NCBI GenBank assembly: GCA_964016885.1
Contig: OZ024740.1
Coordinates: 79,794,001 to 79,858,000, forward strand
DNA: 64,000 nt
Reading direction: 5' to 3'
From: Eledone cirrhosa
Lineage: Eukaryota
Positions 11,945 through 26,474 of the stretch are shown one piece after another. The translations under genes and the position numbers were made by a program. The notes under the pieces are model-generated. The model was not told where the DNA came from, ran no database searches, and saw nothing but the letters and a program-made list of their open reading frames with translations. Position 1 is the first letter of the stretch; the number at the start of each line of letters is the position of its first letter.

Positions 11945-14410
11945 TTAATATCAATAATATTAATAAATGGAAAATTATTATAGACTTTTTTAATAATTAT
12001 GGCCTTAAATTAGAAATAGAAAATGATAATAAAATTGTTAATTTCTTAGATGTTACACTAAACCTTAACTCAAGCCTATATTACCCGTTTCATAAGATTA
12101 ATGAAAACCTAAACTACCTTAGCTTCTACTCTAACCACCATAGAAATGTTAAAAAAAGCTATAGTTAATAGTGTCTAGCAAAGAATATCTACACTCTCAT
12201 CTAATAAAAAATATATTTGATAACAAAGCAGAATATTACAATGATGCTCTACACAGAGCTGGATACAATAATAAAATTAACTACATAGACAAGAATATTA
12301 TACACCTACCTCCTAAAATTTACTATAATATTAATAATAAACAAATTAACCAAAATAATAAATCAAATAAAAAAGCCAGAACTAGAAATATAATTTGGTA
12401 TTCTCCTCCAATTTCATTAGGAATTAAGACATCTTTAGCACACCAATTCTTTAAGGCTTTAGATAAATGTTTTCCTAAGTCCCACTCCATTTTTAACAGA
12501 CATACAGTCAAGCTCTCTTACTCTACTACTATGAATATAGCATAAAATATTACTAGAATTAATTATAGGAATGAATTTAAAATTAAACTCAACCCAAATA
12601 AACTCAAATAGCAATAACAATATAACTAATGACATTATGTATAATAATAATAGCGAATGCATAAATAATAATACTGTATTTCTAAATAACAATATCAGAA
12701 AATGTAATTGCAGAAATAACATATTATGCCCTTTACAGAATAATTTCCTTGATAGAAATTTAGTATACAAATGCACCATAAAAACTAGAGATAGATTATA
12801 TAATTATATAGGAACTACTTCTTCAAAATTTAAGGACCGTTGGTATAAGCATAAACATACTTTCAAACGATCGGACAAAAAATTCTCAACCTCACTATCA
12901 CAATTAATTTGGTCTTTAAAAGACAGTAACACCTACTATTCAATCTCTTGGCGAAAGATATCGAATGTGGTAGTTTACCAAAATATGGGTCTCTCAAAAA
13001 TTTGCCATCTCTGTATTGAAGAAATCTTTCATATAATTACCAATCCTGGTAATATTATTAACAAAAAAAAAGGAAATATTTAATTCTTGTTTGCATCGTT
13101 TCTCCAGAACATTTCACAATATTTACAATTTATAGAAAATACTACACATGGTCTATATAAGTTGCCTATGTACAATATATATTTTTGGTTGTCTTTAAAA
13201 TTTCTTAAATTTATACATAGAAATATTTATTATTATCAAATTTATACATAGAAATAGTTATTATTATCAAAATTTGTACATAAAGATATTTATCTATTTA
13301 TTATTATCAAAACCATATTTACTATATGGTGCTCTGAAATTTTTACTTATATTATAATATAAATTATAATTAATTATTAGGTTAAACATTAGATAAAATA
13401 ATATATCTTTAAATAATGTACATTCCTTAAATTACTAAACACTAGAGTTATCTTTCCCTTAATAAAAGTTTGTTTACAATTCACATATACGAGACATTCA
13501 AATTTTACATAAATGTTTAAATTTATATAACTAATGTTATACAATAATAGATTATACATAATATTATATATCTTCACTTAAAAAATATATAATTATTTTT
13601 ACATTCTTAAGGTATATATAAAAAATGAATATATATTATCGCTTGATATTTCTTAAGCTGTTTCATAATTCTATGTCAATATATATACTTAAATAAGATC
13701 TATATTCACGCATAATCATTTATGTACTAAATAAATGTTTAATAACGATATATAATAATGTCTTATACTACAATACATTATATTTATAACTGCACTCATA
13801 ATATTAAAATATATGTGAAAAATATTTCCACTCGTATATCTAAATACAGGGTATCTTTCACAACATAGTGTTGTAATTGCTTTAATAATTTAATAGTTCA
13901 CAATTTAATACAATACATTATAATTCTCACCTAAATATTATAAATACTTCCATATTCTTAAAATATATTATAAAATTAAATAAATTAATAAATATAATTA
14001 TATCATTTTTTCTATACCCATGTAAATATGTTTGGGTGTATATATGCATATTTCTATAAATAATCCTAAATTAACTTTACAATAGTTTTTTCAAATTTAA
14101 TAGCAAGCCCTTTAAAAAAAAAAAAGTTTAGATAAATATTTAAAATCTATCTAGCGTCTAAATTTAACGGTCCTTTTCAGTTTTAATGTTATCCTCATTA
14201 GCATATTTCCCCTAAGTTTTGAAAATTATATTCACTATCTTCAATGAACTTATAACATGAAGTTCACATGAAGATATGTCACTATCTTTACACCAATTAT
14301 TGTATTTTATCTGACGAAAACGTACTAAAATATTAGTATCCTTGAAATATGTATAATAAAATAAATATGGTTTTATAAAGATATTTTTCATTTATTAATA
14401 TTATTGATAT

Positions 14411-14412
<2 letters not shown>
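11945..14412 (+). mobile_element. Penelope-like element (Naiad-like), 5'-truncated and degenerate
   Basis: VNFLDVTLNL, IIWYSPP, CNC-CPL, LVYKC-YIG-FKDR-H, CHLC in 11990-13130; long AT-rich 3' region ending in a hammerhead and (TA)n; 11945-11975 is an inverted copy of 14383-14412. Confidence 0.87.
14303..14363 (+). ncRNA. Hammerhead motif in PLE pLTR, stem II decayed
   Basis: tattttat-CTGACGA...GAAA-tatgta-TA-ataaaata; 8-bp stem I. Confidence 0.72.
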
Positions 14413-14482
<70 letters not shown>

Positions 14483-14523
14483 CGATATTAAACAAATGGA
14501 AACTATATTTATAAAACCATATT

Positions 14524-14589
14524 TATTTCATTATACATATTTCAGGGATACCATATTAAAAATATGGCATGCCTTCGTCAGATAAAATA
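14524..14589 (-). ncRNA. Hammerhead motif in a related pLTR, opposite orientation
   Basis: Minus strand: tattttat-CTGACGA-agg c atgccatatt ttt aatatggtat c cct-GAAA-tatgta-TA-atgaaata. Confidence 0.8.
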
Positions 14590-14904
14590 CAATATATAAA
14601 CAGTTTTATAAATAATTTTGACGTACCATACATATAAGCAACCATTAAGATAGGAGGCGGCCTTGGTAGTGAAGTGTTTATAATTATTAAGTTATAGTGT
14701 TAAGCACAGTTAGAAAAAAAGACGGAGAGAAAGAAGAAATGGATGTAAAGAAAAACAGAGAGAAATAGGGGAGAGAGAAAGAAGGAGGAGGTAAAAAAAG
14801 AGAAGCAACCGAAGGCAACAGATGAATAATAATAATTCACCATACAAATAGAGAGATTTAAGAGAGAGGGAGTACAGTAATTATTTAGTTATAGTGTTAA
14901 GCAC

Positions 14905-15319
<415 letters not shown>

Positions 15320-15971
15320 TTAATGTTTCTGAGTATAAATGGCAGAAATGGATGTACTTTTTTGAGGCTAATGCTATGGAGTTGCATAACTGCAATCGAT
15401 TGGTTTGCAGTGCATGCGTTATAGAATCTTGAGTTGATCAATTGTGTCGATTGAAGCAAGCCGAATTTTGGCTGCTTACTAAACCGTATAGACACAAAAA
15501 AAGATAACACACACGCATACATACACACAAACACACGACAGCTTTGGGGCAAGCAGAATTTTGACTGCTTACTAAATCGTAGATACATTTAAAAGATAAC
15601 ACACACACACTAGATAACACTACATGCGGTTTTGACCGGGAGGGTCATTTAAAGGGAATTTTTTTTTTGGGGGGGGGGTTAAGGCTGCACAGCCCTACTT
15701 TCCGGCATGGCAATTAGACTGCATGTTCTGCTTTCCAGGTTTCCCTTCGCCACTGGTTTGCACATCAATAATTTTGCCCTCTGAAACGATTGTAAAACAC
15801 TGCATTAATTAACTACTGCACCTTGTCTTACTCTTTCATTGTTTAACACTACACACACATGCACGCTCACACACACATGAACACATATATATAAACACAC
15901 ACACAACAACCTTATTTGAATATATTTTTATTTTTTCTTCACATTTTACAAAATGTCCAAACTTCTGGTAA

Positions 15972-16002
<31 letters not shown>

Positions 16003-16187
16003 ACACCACCACCACCATCTTAAAAATGTTATATATATATAAAGTTTTTAATTTAAATGAAGAAAAAGAAAATTAAAAACTGAGTCTGGATTGTTGTGTT
16101 ACGTGAAACCTTTGTTTTTGTGAGTGCTACTCTGTCTCCTGTTACACCAAATAATACAGCATTTCCGTTATTAGCATTAGTGGTGTA

Positions 16188-17950
16188 AACAACAACAATA
16201 GCAACAACAATAGAAACAACAATAGCAACAACAATAGCAACCACACTAGCAACAGCAGCAACAATAGAAACAGCAATAGCAACAACAACAGCAACAGAAC
16301 AACAATAGCAACCACAATAGCAACAACAATAGAAACAACAACAGCAACAACAACAGCAACAACAACAGCAACAACAACAGCAAAAACAATAGCAACAGCA
16401 ACAGTAATAGAAACAACAACAGCAACAACAATAGCAACAGCAATAGCAATAGCAACAACAACAGCAACAACAATAGAACAACAATAGCAACAACAATAGC
16501 AACAACAACAGCAACAACAACAGCAACGACAATAGCAAAAACAATAGTAACAGCAACAGCAACAGTAATAGAAACAACAACAGCAACAACAATAGTAACA
16601 ACAACAGCAACAGCAATAGAAACAACAATAGCAACAACAACAACAGCAACAACAATAGCAACAATAACAACAACAACAACAACAATAGCAATAGCAACAT
16701 CAACAGCAACCACGATAGCAACAACAACAACAATAGTAACAACAACAGCAACAACAATAACAACAATAGCAACAGCAATAGTAACAACAACAGCAACAAT
16801 AGCAACAACAACAACAATAGCAACAGCAATAGAAACAACAATAGCAACAACAAGAGCAACAGCAATAGCAACAACAAGAGCAACAGCAATAGCAACAACA
16901 ACAACAATAGCAACAACAATAGTAACAACAACAGCAACAACAATAGCAACAACAATAGCAACAACAACAACAACAATAGCAACAGCAATAGAAACAACAA
17001 TAGCAACAACAAGAGCAACAGCAACAACAATAGTAACAACAACAGCAACAACAATAGCAACAGCAACAACAATAGCAACAACAACAGCAACAGCAATAGC
17101 AAGAACAATAGGAAAATTGTTATCAACAACAGCAGTGACAACTATAACAACAACTGCAATAACGACCATAAAAACCATAACAACAACAGTAACAACCATA
17201 ACAACTATAACAACAACAATAGCAACCATAACAACAACTATAACAACAACAGCAACAACAATAGCAACAGCAACAACAATAGTAACAACAACAGCAACAA
17301 CAATAGCAACAGCAACAACAATAGTAACAACAACAGCAACAACAATAGCAACAGCAACAACAATAGTAACAACAACAGCAACAACAATATCAACAACAAC
17401 AACAATAGCAACAGCAATAGAAACAACAATAGCAACAACAAGAGCAATAGCAACAACAATAGTAACAACAACAGCAACAACAATAGCAACAGCAACAACA
17501 ATAGCAACAACAACAGCAACAGCAATAGCAAGAACAATAGGAAAATTGTTATCAACAACAGCAGTGACAACTATAACAACAACAATAGCAACCATAACAA
17601 CAACTATAACAACAACAGCAACAACAACAACAGTAACAACTAAAACCTCAACAATAACAACAACAGTAACAACTATAACAACAACAGTTACAGCAACAAT
17701 AATAACAACAGTAACAACTATAACAACTATAACAACAACAACAACAGTAATAACTATAACAACAACAACAACAACAGTAACAACTATAGCAACAACAACA
17801 ACAGTAACAACTATAACAACAACAACAAAATAGTAATAACTATAACAGCAATAACTATAACAACAACAGTAACAACAATAACAGCAACATTAATAACCAT
17901 AACAACAACAACAACAATAACAACCATAACAACAACAGTAACAGCAATAA
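16188..17950. repeat. Compound trinucleotide array (AAC/AGC/AAT) with an internal 429-bp-offset duplication
   Basis: Marker aagaacaataggaaaattgttatcaac occurs at 17101 and 17530. Confidence 0.95.
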
Positions 17951-18267
17951 GAATGATTATAAATCAATTTTCCTTTCCTTCCTTTATTTTTTCATTAGAG
18001 CCTCATCTCCAAATGGTCCAGTAATTGTTTATATCAACCCTAGTACTTTTAGACAACAATTAGTTTTTAGCTATGAAGAATTAAAGTGAAACTGGGTGGG
18101 TTTTGAACTTAACTATTTCATTACCTCATTTCCAATGTTTTCTTCAGTGAAACTTGTCTCTTTCAAGTTTCTGTTACCTTATTTTATTTTTTAATCCTTT
18201 CATGACTGAATTTCTAATGAAATACACTATTTAATTAATTAATGAAGAATGAAGAATTTTGAGGGAT

Positions 18268-18546
18268 TTACTAAAATTATTAAATATTTCATAACTAAGA
18301 TAGTAAATCAATCTAAGGTTCTCATGTAAAATTATATTGGAAGATTTTAATTTTAATTGGAAACCTTTAAAATGGGTGATTTCATTTCATAGAACCAGAG
18401 CCGGTTTTACTAAAACTATTAATTATGTCATTACTAATATAGTAAATTAATCTAAGGTTCTTATATAAAATGATGTTGAAAGATTTTAATTTAAATTGGA
18501 AACCTTTAAAATGGGTGGTTTTATTTTATAGAACCAGAGCTGGTTT
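18268..18546. repeat. Diverged tandem duplication, ~139 bp x 2
   Basis: aattggaaacctttaaaatgggtg and agaaccagagc each occur twice ~139 bp apart. Confidence 0.85.
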
Positions 18547-19585
18547 GGGCTGGGTTTGTAACTAAACGGTTAGAATGTAAAGATATATAACCAAGGTATT
18601 TGTCTGACACTTTACAAATGATAATAACATTTTTATTTGGTTAAACATACAGAACAAAAAGCAGCATTCGAAAGTACTATAAATGCTATAAATGAGAGGA
18701 AAAGGAGGAAAGAGCAAGGTCTACTAGACAAAGGAAGAAAGAAAGAGGAAAGGAAGAGGTTGACAGACTCTACAACTAGGTCAGAGCAGTGTTTTGGCTT
18801 TGCCGAGTGGACAAAATGGCAAAGGCATTTTTGTGGACAATGGCCAGCGACACATGTTGCAAGAGCCACCTCACCTTTACTGACTCTGCTGATCCACCAA
18901 CAATACATCTTATATAGATATTTATATTTCCATAAAGGGTCTTTGAAGTAACATTCCTTAATGTGGTGAGAAACTTAGAGATCAGTGAGTTGCTCCAGGT
19001 AGAGCTGCTATTTCTCTGAATTGAGAGATCTGATGAAGAGTAACATGAAACTATGAACTGGAATTGAAATTAATGGGGTTCCTCCGAAGGGTCTTTGGAG
19101 TAACGTTACTTGATAGAGGGTGTATCTCAGAGATTTTTGAATTGAGAGATCACAGCTCCAATGCTATGGGCATATAGTTAGAATGTCTCAGGAAAGAACC
19201 AGTGGATACATTTTATGGGTAAAACAACTGGCAGGAGACCCAGGTGTAGACCCTGAGCAAGATGGTTGGTTAACATCCATGAGCTTGATTGGTCTCGCTT
19301 GGGGATGCAGCTGGTTCAATTGGAAATGGTTGCTTCTGACAGGATCCGGTGGAATGAGTGTTTGAGGACTCAGTCCCCATGACCCTCTCAGGAATAAGTG
19401 AGCAAAGATGTTTTGATCTTATAGAGCAATTGATAATTGCTGATAGCTTTGTTAAATGTTACCTAGATTATAGGCACAGTCATGGCCATGTGGTTAAGAA
19501 ATTTGCTTTGTAACCATGTGGCTTTATGTGGTTTAAGGTTTGATCCCACCTTGTAGCACCTTCTGCAAGTGTCTTCTACAATAGC

Positions 19586-19634
<49 letters not shown>

Positions 19635-19833
19635 CATACATGATGGTGGCTGAAAAAGTTCATAGACTGTCTAAGATACTTTCATGGAATGGCCAAACAA
19701 GTTTTATTTTTCAAAATAGTCCCTGGAAAGAAACAATGCAGTTATCAATTCATGCAAGATTTCACAGCTCTAGCATCACTCTTTCATAGTCAGCCTATGA
19801 ACTTTTCAGCTGACGTTGGTATATATATATATA

Positions 19834-20661
19834 TATGCTCCGCTGGATGTGTAATAGTAATATACGCGAACGGCAAAGCATAAACGAACTAAGGAAAAAA
19901 TTAGAAATAAGAGGGATCAGATGTTGTTTACTCGAGAGAAGGCTACGTTGGTATGGTCACGTGATGCGCATGAAAGACGACAGCTGTATAACAAAGTGCA
20001 GGGCAATAAAGATAGACGGTAGCCACGGAGTAGGCAGACCCAGAAAAACCTGGGACGAGCTGATAAATTCCGACCTCACACACTTACACCTCTCCAAGAC
20101 AATGTCACTGGACCGAGACCTTTGGCGGTACTCAGTAACAGAGAAGACCCGCGTTACCTAAATACAAAGTAAAACCTACTACAGTCAGTAGGCATCTCTA
20201 ACAAAATACACCCCCGTCCCACCACCCCCACCCCATCCACACCGCCCCTTTCAATGTAAAGTTATGTTGGTGCCACAAAATCCAGGCCGAAACAAATGAG
20301 ATCGTGTAGGTGTCACGAAAAAAAAAACACACAGTCCACGCTGTAATGTGTCCGTGTAGGCAACACGGTAAAAACGTCCCAGTCCCACACTGTAAATGTG
20401 GTTGGTGTTAGGAAGGGCATCCAGCTGTAGAAAACCTGCCAGACAGTCCACGCTGTAATGTGGCCGTGTAGGCAACACGGTAAAAATCTCCCAGCCCCAC
20501 ACTGTAAATGTGGTTGGTGTTAGGAAGGGCATCCAACTGTAGAAAACCCGCCAGACAGTCCTATGCGAGCAAGACAACCACTCTTGCCTCAAGTGGGAAA
20601 ACTCCCGTCCAAACCCATGCAAGCATGGAACACGGACGTTAAACGATGATGATGATGATGA
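19834..20661 (+). mobile_element. RTE LINE 3' fragment with duplicated 3' UTR block
   Basis: ORF 19835-20161 (ERRLRWYGHVMR, GRPRKTW); block ~20331-20443 is repeated at ~20444-20560; (GAT)n tail. Confidence 0.92.
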
Positions 20662-21083
20662 TATATATATATATATAAACATTAAACTTAAGAAAAACAT
20701 CTCGATTTGCGAGGATATAAGCCAGACCGACTAAAATAAGTCTGTTTTACTCATATAGTTCCCCAAGCATAGTTTCTGGAATTCAAGAAACAATATTAAT
20801 CATTTCAAAATATTGGAATAACCAAAATTGGAAGAATTTGAATTCCATCGCTAGGGGGCAAATTCTTTGGAATAAGAAGAGATTGAATACAAAGTGTACA
20901 GATCATGTCATTGCCAAAACCGCATGGTGTCTGGCGGGTTGCATCATTGAATTATTAAATGAAAATATCTCTCTAAATGTATTAGGACAATAGGACGGGC
21001 TTATATTGATGGTGGAAATAGCAGCCAAACCTGTCAAAATCTACTCAACAATAAAGGAGTTGTTAAAATAAATTTTTAAAAAG

Positions 21084-21108
21084 TATTAGAGACAAATAAC
21101 TTTTTAAT

Positions 21109-21167
<59 letters not shown>

Positions 21168-21173
21168 TGTATG

Positions 21174-21204
<31 letters not shown>

Positions 21205-22591
21205 TGGTGGAACACTGGAAGGTAATATCCGTAGTGGTAGAGCACTCAGTCCAAGGGACGAGTTAGGTAGAAGTGGTTACACAACAGTTAGTGCACCATA
21301 CCGAGAACAATTGTTTCCCCTTAGCGGATCTTCAGCTCGGGATGTGTATGGTTATAGGAACAGGAAGGACAACCGTACAAACGCGCATGCTCAGAAACTC
21401 GGTCACATCACACAGGCAATACTAGACTGCATGCGAGAGGTGTAAGGGAGATAACTGCGAAAGTCCGGAAAGTTTTTAGGTTGAAAATGAAATAAAAATA
21501 AAATTAAAAATAAAATTACAAAGAATCAGTCCGGAGCCTTGTAGTTATGCAATAGATGTTTGGTGACGTGTGGACAACATGTGAAAAAATCCCTTCTCAT
21601 GTTTAGGCAATCACTATTGCGTAATCTCTTTAGGATAGTTATTCGTTCATCAATACATAAGCCACACGTCGGATTTCCCCTTGCGTATGGCTTGGACTTA
21701 GTGATGGCTTTCCATTGAATGGAGTAGCCTATACTTGAGTCCTTGAGGGACCATACGTGGCTCGCGAGTTTCATGGATGAACGTCTGTCCGGGTATCTGA
21801 AGGTAGACTGGTGGTTCAGGAAACGCTCCTTGAATCGGCCCTCCGCCATGCCCACATAGGATTTGACCTCCTGTGGTTCGTTTTTGGTCGGTTGGAAGTG
21901 ACCACAGCTTCATAGATTACAGCTAGTGTGTTGCATTGCTGTTGAAGTGGGCAAGCTTCAAGCTTCAGGCTTCTACAGCTGGATACCTTTCCTAGTATCA
22001 ACAACTTTACAAAGTGTACTGGGTGTATTTTATTGTGTCACCGGCACTACCACTTTACAGAGTGAAGTAAGGGGGCAAGTATAGGCTACTCCATTCAATG
22101 TAAAGCCATCACTAAGTCCAAGCCATACGCAAGAGGAAATCCGATGTGTGGCTTATGTATTGACGAACGAATAACTATCCTAAAGAGATTACGCAATAGT
22201 GATTGCCTAAACACGAGAAGTGAATTTTTCACATGTTGTCCACACGTCACCAAACATCTATTGCATAACTACAAGGCTCCGGACTGATTCTTTGTAATTT
22301 TATTTTTAATTTTATTTTAATTTTATTTTCAACCTAAAAACTTTCCGGACTTTCGCAGTTATCTCCCTTACACCTCTCGCCCGCAGTCTAGTATTGCCTG
22401 TGTGAAGTGACCGAGTTTCTGCACACGCGCGTTCGTACGGTTGTCCTTCCTGTTCCTATAACCATACACATCCCGAGCTGAAGATCCGCTAAGGTGAAAC
22501 AATTGTTCTTGGTATGGTGAACTAACTGTTGTATAACCACTTCTATATATATATATATATATATCAATTAAAAAGTTATTTGTCTCTAATA
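21084..22591. mobile_element. Head-to-head fold-back pair of Naiad-like PLE 3' fragments
   Basis: GIY-YIG remnant on minus strand at 21526-21970 (CPLQQQC, VIY, FKERFLNH, CGLC, CCPH); 22078-22591 is an inverted copy of 21084-21735. Confidence 0.9.
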
Positions 22592-22613
22592 TATATATAT
22601 ATATAAAAATATA

Positions 22614-22679
<66 letters not shown>

Positions 22680-24714
22680 CATGTGTATCCAGTTTAGAAG
22701 AGGTATACCATATTCCTGTGAGTTGTATAAGTTGACTAAGAGTTGGTATCAGGAAGGGCATCTTCTAAAACATTACCTTAAATAGTCCTGTTTAACCCAT
22801 GCTAGCATGGAAAGTTGACTTTAAAATGGTGATAATTTATATATCATCATCATTTTACATTTGCTATTTCATACTGACATAGGTTGAATGGTTCATCATG
22901 GTGTGAGACTAGACAAGTCCAAGTTCCTAATCTTGCTTATACATTCCATTTTTGGCTTGGCTTCTACAGCTGGATACCTTTCCTAGCATCAACCACTTTA
23001 CAAAGTGTACTGGGTGTATTTTATTGTGTCACCAGCACTACCACTTTACAGAGTGAAGTAAGGACATTTTTTTGTGATACCAGCACTACACTTTTTCATA
23101 TATCTATATGTATGTGCATGTATGTATATGTGTTTGTGTGTGTGCATATGCATGAGTATGTGTGTGTTTGTGTCTGTCTCCATGCATCTTTATATCAACA
23201 CCATTTAAAGCAAGTGGTGATGTTTGTTTGCTCACATAAGTAATACAACCTGCAGCTTTGTTGATTAGAAGAAGGTCAGCAGTATATACCATATTTATAA
23301 GTAAAGCATGTGTAGGCATTAGGAAATGCATCTGGATGTAGAAAAATTGCCTAAAAAATGTCTCATCCAGCCCATACCAGTATAGAAAAGCAGACATAAA
23401 AACGATGCTGCTGTTGTTGCTTGTTATTTGTAACTGTAAGGTTCTAGCTTTAATTATCATTTTACTCTCTTTTGCTTTTATTTTATATAATTGCAAGCTA
23501 CTTATGAATTTTTCTGTGTAAATGTGGCCTTGGATTTCTTTGTGAAAGTAAACATAATCAGAGGACTATGCTATTAACTCTAATTACATAACAAACACCA
23601 GCAATGTGGGTAGAAGCCAGTGACTTTTTTTATCACTTAGTCAGGAAGAAGGGCAGTGGTTATAACCCTTATCCACTCCTCCAAAACCGGTGGGCAGGAG
23701 GGAGAAAAGTTTTCTCAAACCATAGACTTAACTCAAATGCTTGCAACTCTGCTAAAGGACCCAAGAGCTAGGTAGTGCTGTTAAACTGGGTAACTGATTT
23801 AGTCTACAACCCAGGCAGGCCATATCCTGGATTTGAAATTAGAACACAAAGAGATGGAATGAATACTGCAAGACATCCTATTTGATTATCTGTAGGTCCC
23901 AACAGTCCATCTCTGCAAACTGGTACTTTATTTATTGACCCTGGAATGATGAATGGCAAAGATAACCTCAGTAGATTTGAACTTTGAATGCAATGAGTCA
24001 TCTGATGGTTTAACACTTCTGCTATTTCACAGACATAAAAATTAAGTGCCCCCCACTACCACCACCACCACCACCACCACCACACACACACAAAAAAAAA
24101 AGAGCAGATTGGCTAATGTAATCCTAGATACACCTTTCCTCTTTCTTTCTCCTCATTTCCTATCTCCTCCTCCTCTCTCTCTCTCTGTGAAATATAATCC
24201 AGCTTTATTATATCTTATGGTTGACAAAACTATTTAGAAATAATTATAGTAAAAAACAACAACATTTCATCTAAATTGTCAATGACCAAATTCTTATTAA
24301 AAAAGTAACTAATTATCTATCTGCAATGTAACAGATATTTATCTAAGCTCTACTATATTATCATCTTTATTATGATTAATTTAGGTTATTTTCAAGATTT
24401 TGGTAGTTATATTGAGCATCGAATTAGGTCACTTAGCAATTTGGTTTGATGGTTCTACAATGGTCCTTTCATTTCTTGACATTATATGAAGAGCACAGCT
24501 ACATTTGTGAGTCAATCAAGCAGGTTTTACGTGACTACAATATACAAGAAATAGCAGCTGAATCTTCTTCAAATCACATACTACTATATTTAAAAAAAAT
24601 TGAATCAGATATTAGAGAATGTAGTCTTGAATGTCACATCTGGACTATTTTTGATAAAAGATCTGTTGTATCAGAGCTAACTTGGAACTAGACGAAGACA
24701 ACAGCAACAACAAC

Positions 24715-25066
24715 AACTCTAAAGGGACCTCAAAATAAGAAAGCATTTCCTTTAATTCAACAGCCCCCCCCCCCCCCACACACACACACACACACCTTCT
24801 TAAATTTTGTTAATCTATCTCTGGCAAAATTTTTTCTTTATACATTAAAAAACATTACATATGACCAAAAAAGTACATTACTAGAAATCCCATACATTAT
24901 AAGATAAATAGGATGTGTTGGGGTCTCAATATGTAAACTAAACCATTAATTCTGGTTTTAAAAAAATCAACGGAGACAACATAGAAAAATTACAGATTTT
25001 CCATCCTCAACACTTATTCCAACCCCCTGGCTTATCCCGCCCCCTATTATTTGGGACCTGAGAGTA
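24715..25066. mobile_element. Old TIR element (MITE-like), homologous to split copy 44265-44428 + 45520-45688
   Basis: Shared internal sequence (catattgagacccc, gatttctagtaatgt) and terminal cctgagagta. Confidence 0.6.
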
Positions 25067-25134
25067 ACTGAACCACTTGATCATTGAATTAGCATGCACT
25101 TGGCTGAATATTCCACAGACATGCATACTCTTAA

Positions 25135-25355
25135 TTTTTTAGCATTTACATTACTCTATATTTACTATTATATTTTCACGGTAAAGTCTTTACCTCACAT
25201 AATAATCTCACATTATACCGAATCTATGAGATTTTGATATTATTTATTTTGAGAACAATACCTTAAAGTCAGTATGAGAGGCCAGTTATGGTCAGTTTGA
25301 ACAGAAAGAGGTGAGAGAATTCTGGCTGGATATGGCCAGTTTAAATGCTAAAGGG
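25135..25355. mobile_element. piggyBac-type MITE
   Basis: TTAA on both flanks; right TIR aatgctaaaggg, left TIR decayed; homologous to 54212-54416. Confidence 0.75.
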
Positions 25356-25716
25356 TTAACATAATTCCCAAGCTAAATCAACATGGCATAATATATGCAA
25401 TGGCTGGACATTTGGATTATAGCTACAAACCCTTAATGAGTTTACACACAATTTTTGTCAACCCAGTTTAATTCAGGAGGCTCGAACTGATTCAGCAGCA
25501 ATATTTATTGTTAGGGTTCTTTTAATTTAAGAATTCTTTTAGGAGTCTTTGATTTTATGACATATAAGGAGGTTTTTTAGCTTAACTTATTAGGGATGTT
25601 TTATGATACCACATGTAACATGGTTTTCAGAATAGTTGCTTCATATTCTTGCATATATCATAAAAGGGATGTTGTCAGGAAGGGCATCTGGGGTCTTTTA
25701 GTTTATGGCATATTAA

Positions 25717-25921
25717 CCCTTTAGCTGTATCTAGCCAGAATTCTCTCATCTCTTTCTGTTCAAACTAGCCATAACCAGCCACTCTTACTAATGTTAAGGT
25801 TTAGTTCTCAAAACATATAATATAAAAATCCTATGGATTCGATATTCTGCGAGATATGTGAAGTAAAGCCTTTAACGCAAAAATACAATAGTAAATATAA
25901 AGTAATGTAAATGCTAAAGGG
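25717..25921. mobile_element. piggyBac-type MITE, inverted relative to 25135-25355
   Basis: TTAA-CCCTTTAGC...GCTAAAGGG-TTAA. Confidence 0.85.
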
Positions 25922-26019
25922 TTAAGGTATTTTAGTGGTCTTTTAATTTATGACTACAATCTAATAGTTGTGAACCATTTCTGTCATTCCCCATCATCCA
26001 ACAAAGCCAAGTATCCAAC

Positions 26020-26410
26020 AAGTCAATGAGGAAGCCTCAACATGGTCACTAGATCTGCTAGAAATAGCAGTCAAATCTCTCAAACAATAACATACTAACT
26101 TTAAAAGAAAGGAAAATCAAGACATGTGCGTCATGGCTGAAATGTCTTTGGTCATAGGTCTGCTTAGTTATGACTGGACTGAGGTTAAACAGCATCACCT
26201 AAACATAAAATGAGAGAACCTGTATGAAGTCATTTGATCTGTTAGAAATACAAGTTTAATCTTCCACAATGTGTTAAGAAAAGGAGGACATATTGGATGG
26301 TGTAGCCCTAGTTACATTATGCTTGGATAAGTATTGAGGGGGTCATAGATGGAATTTACCTTTATTATGGGGTTTCTCTATTCTGGCTTGCTTAGGTCTA
26401 AACAACAACA
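26020..26410 (+). repeat. Old dispersed short repeat, two tandem copies; relatives near 44050-44250, 51905-52120, 58165-58375
   Basis: Recurrent tgctagaaatagcagccaaat and ctttgatcataggtctgc motifs with a (CAA)n end. Confidence 0.65.
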
Positions 26411-26474
26411 CCCAAACATTTAAATAGCTGTCACAGTTTATTTATTTGATTGACTGCTTGATTGTTTCCACTAC

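Noticed and set aside
11990-13130. Selenocysteine recoding as reported for some Naiad PLEs
   Set aside because: No in-frame TGA seen at conserved Cys positions in the three Naiad-like fragments; disruptions look like ordinary decay
24385-24691. Possible host exon (also 27020-27200, 50740-50965)
   Set aside because: Unique-looking sequence, but no recognisable protein motif or consistent splice/frame structure; needs RNA-seq
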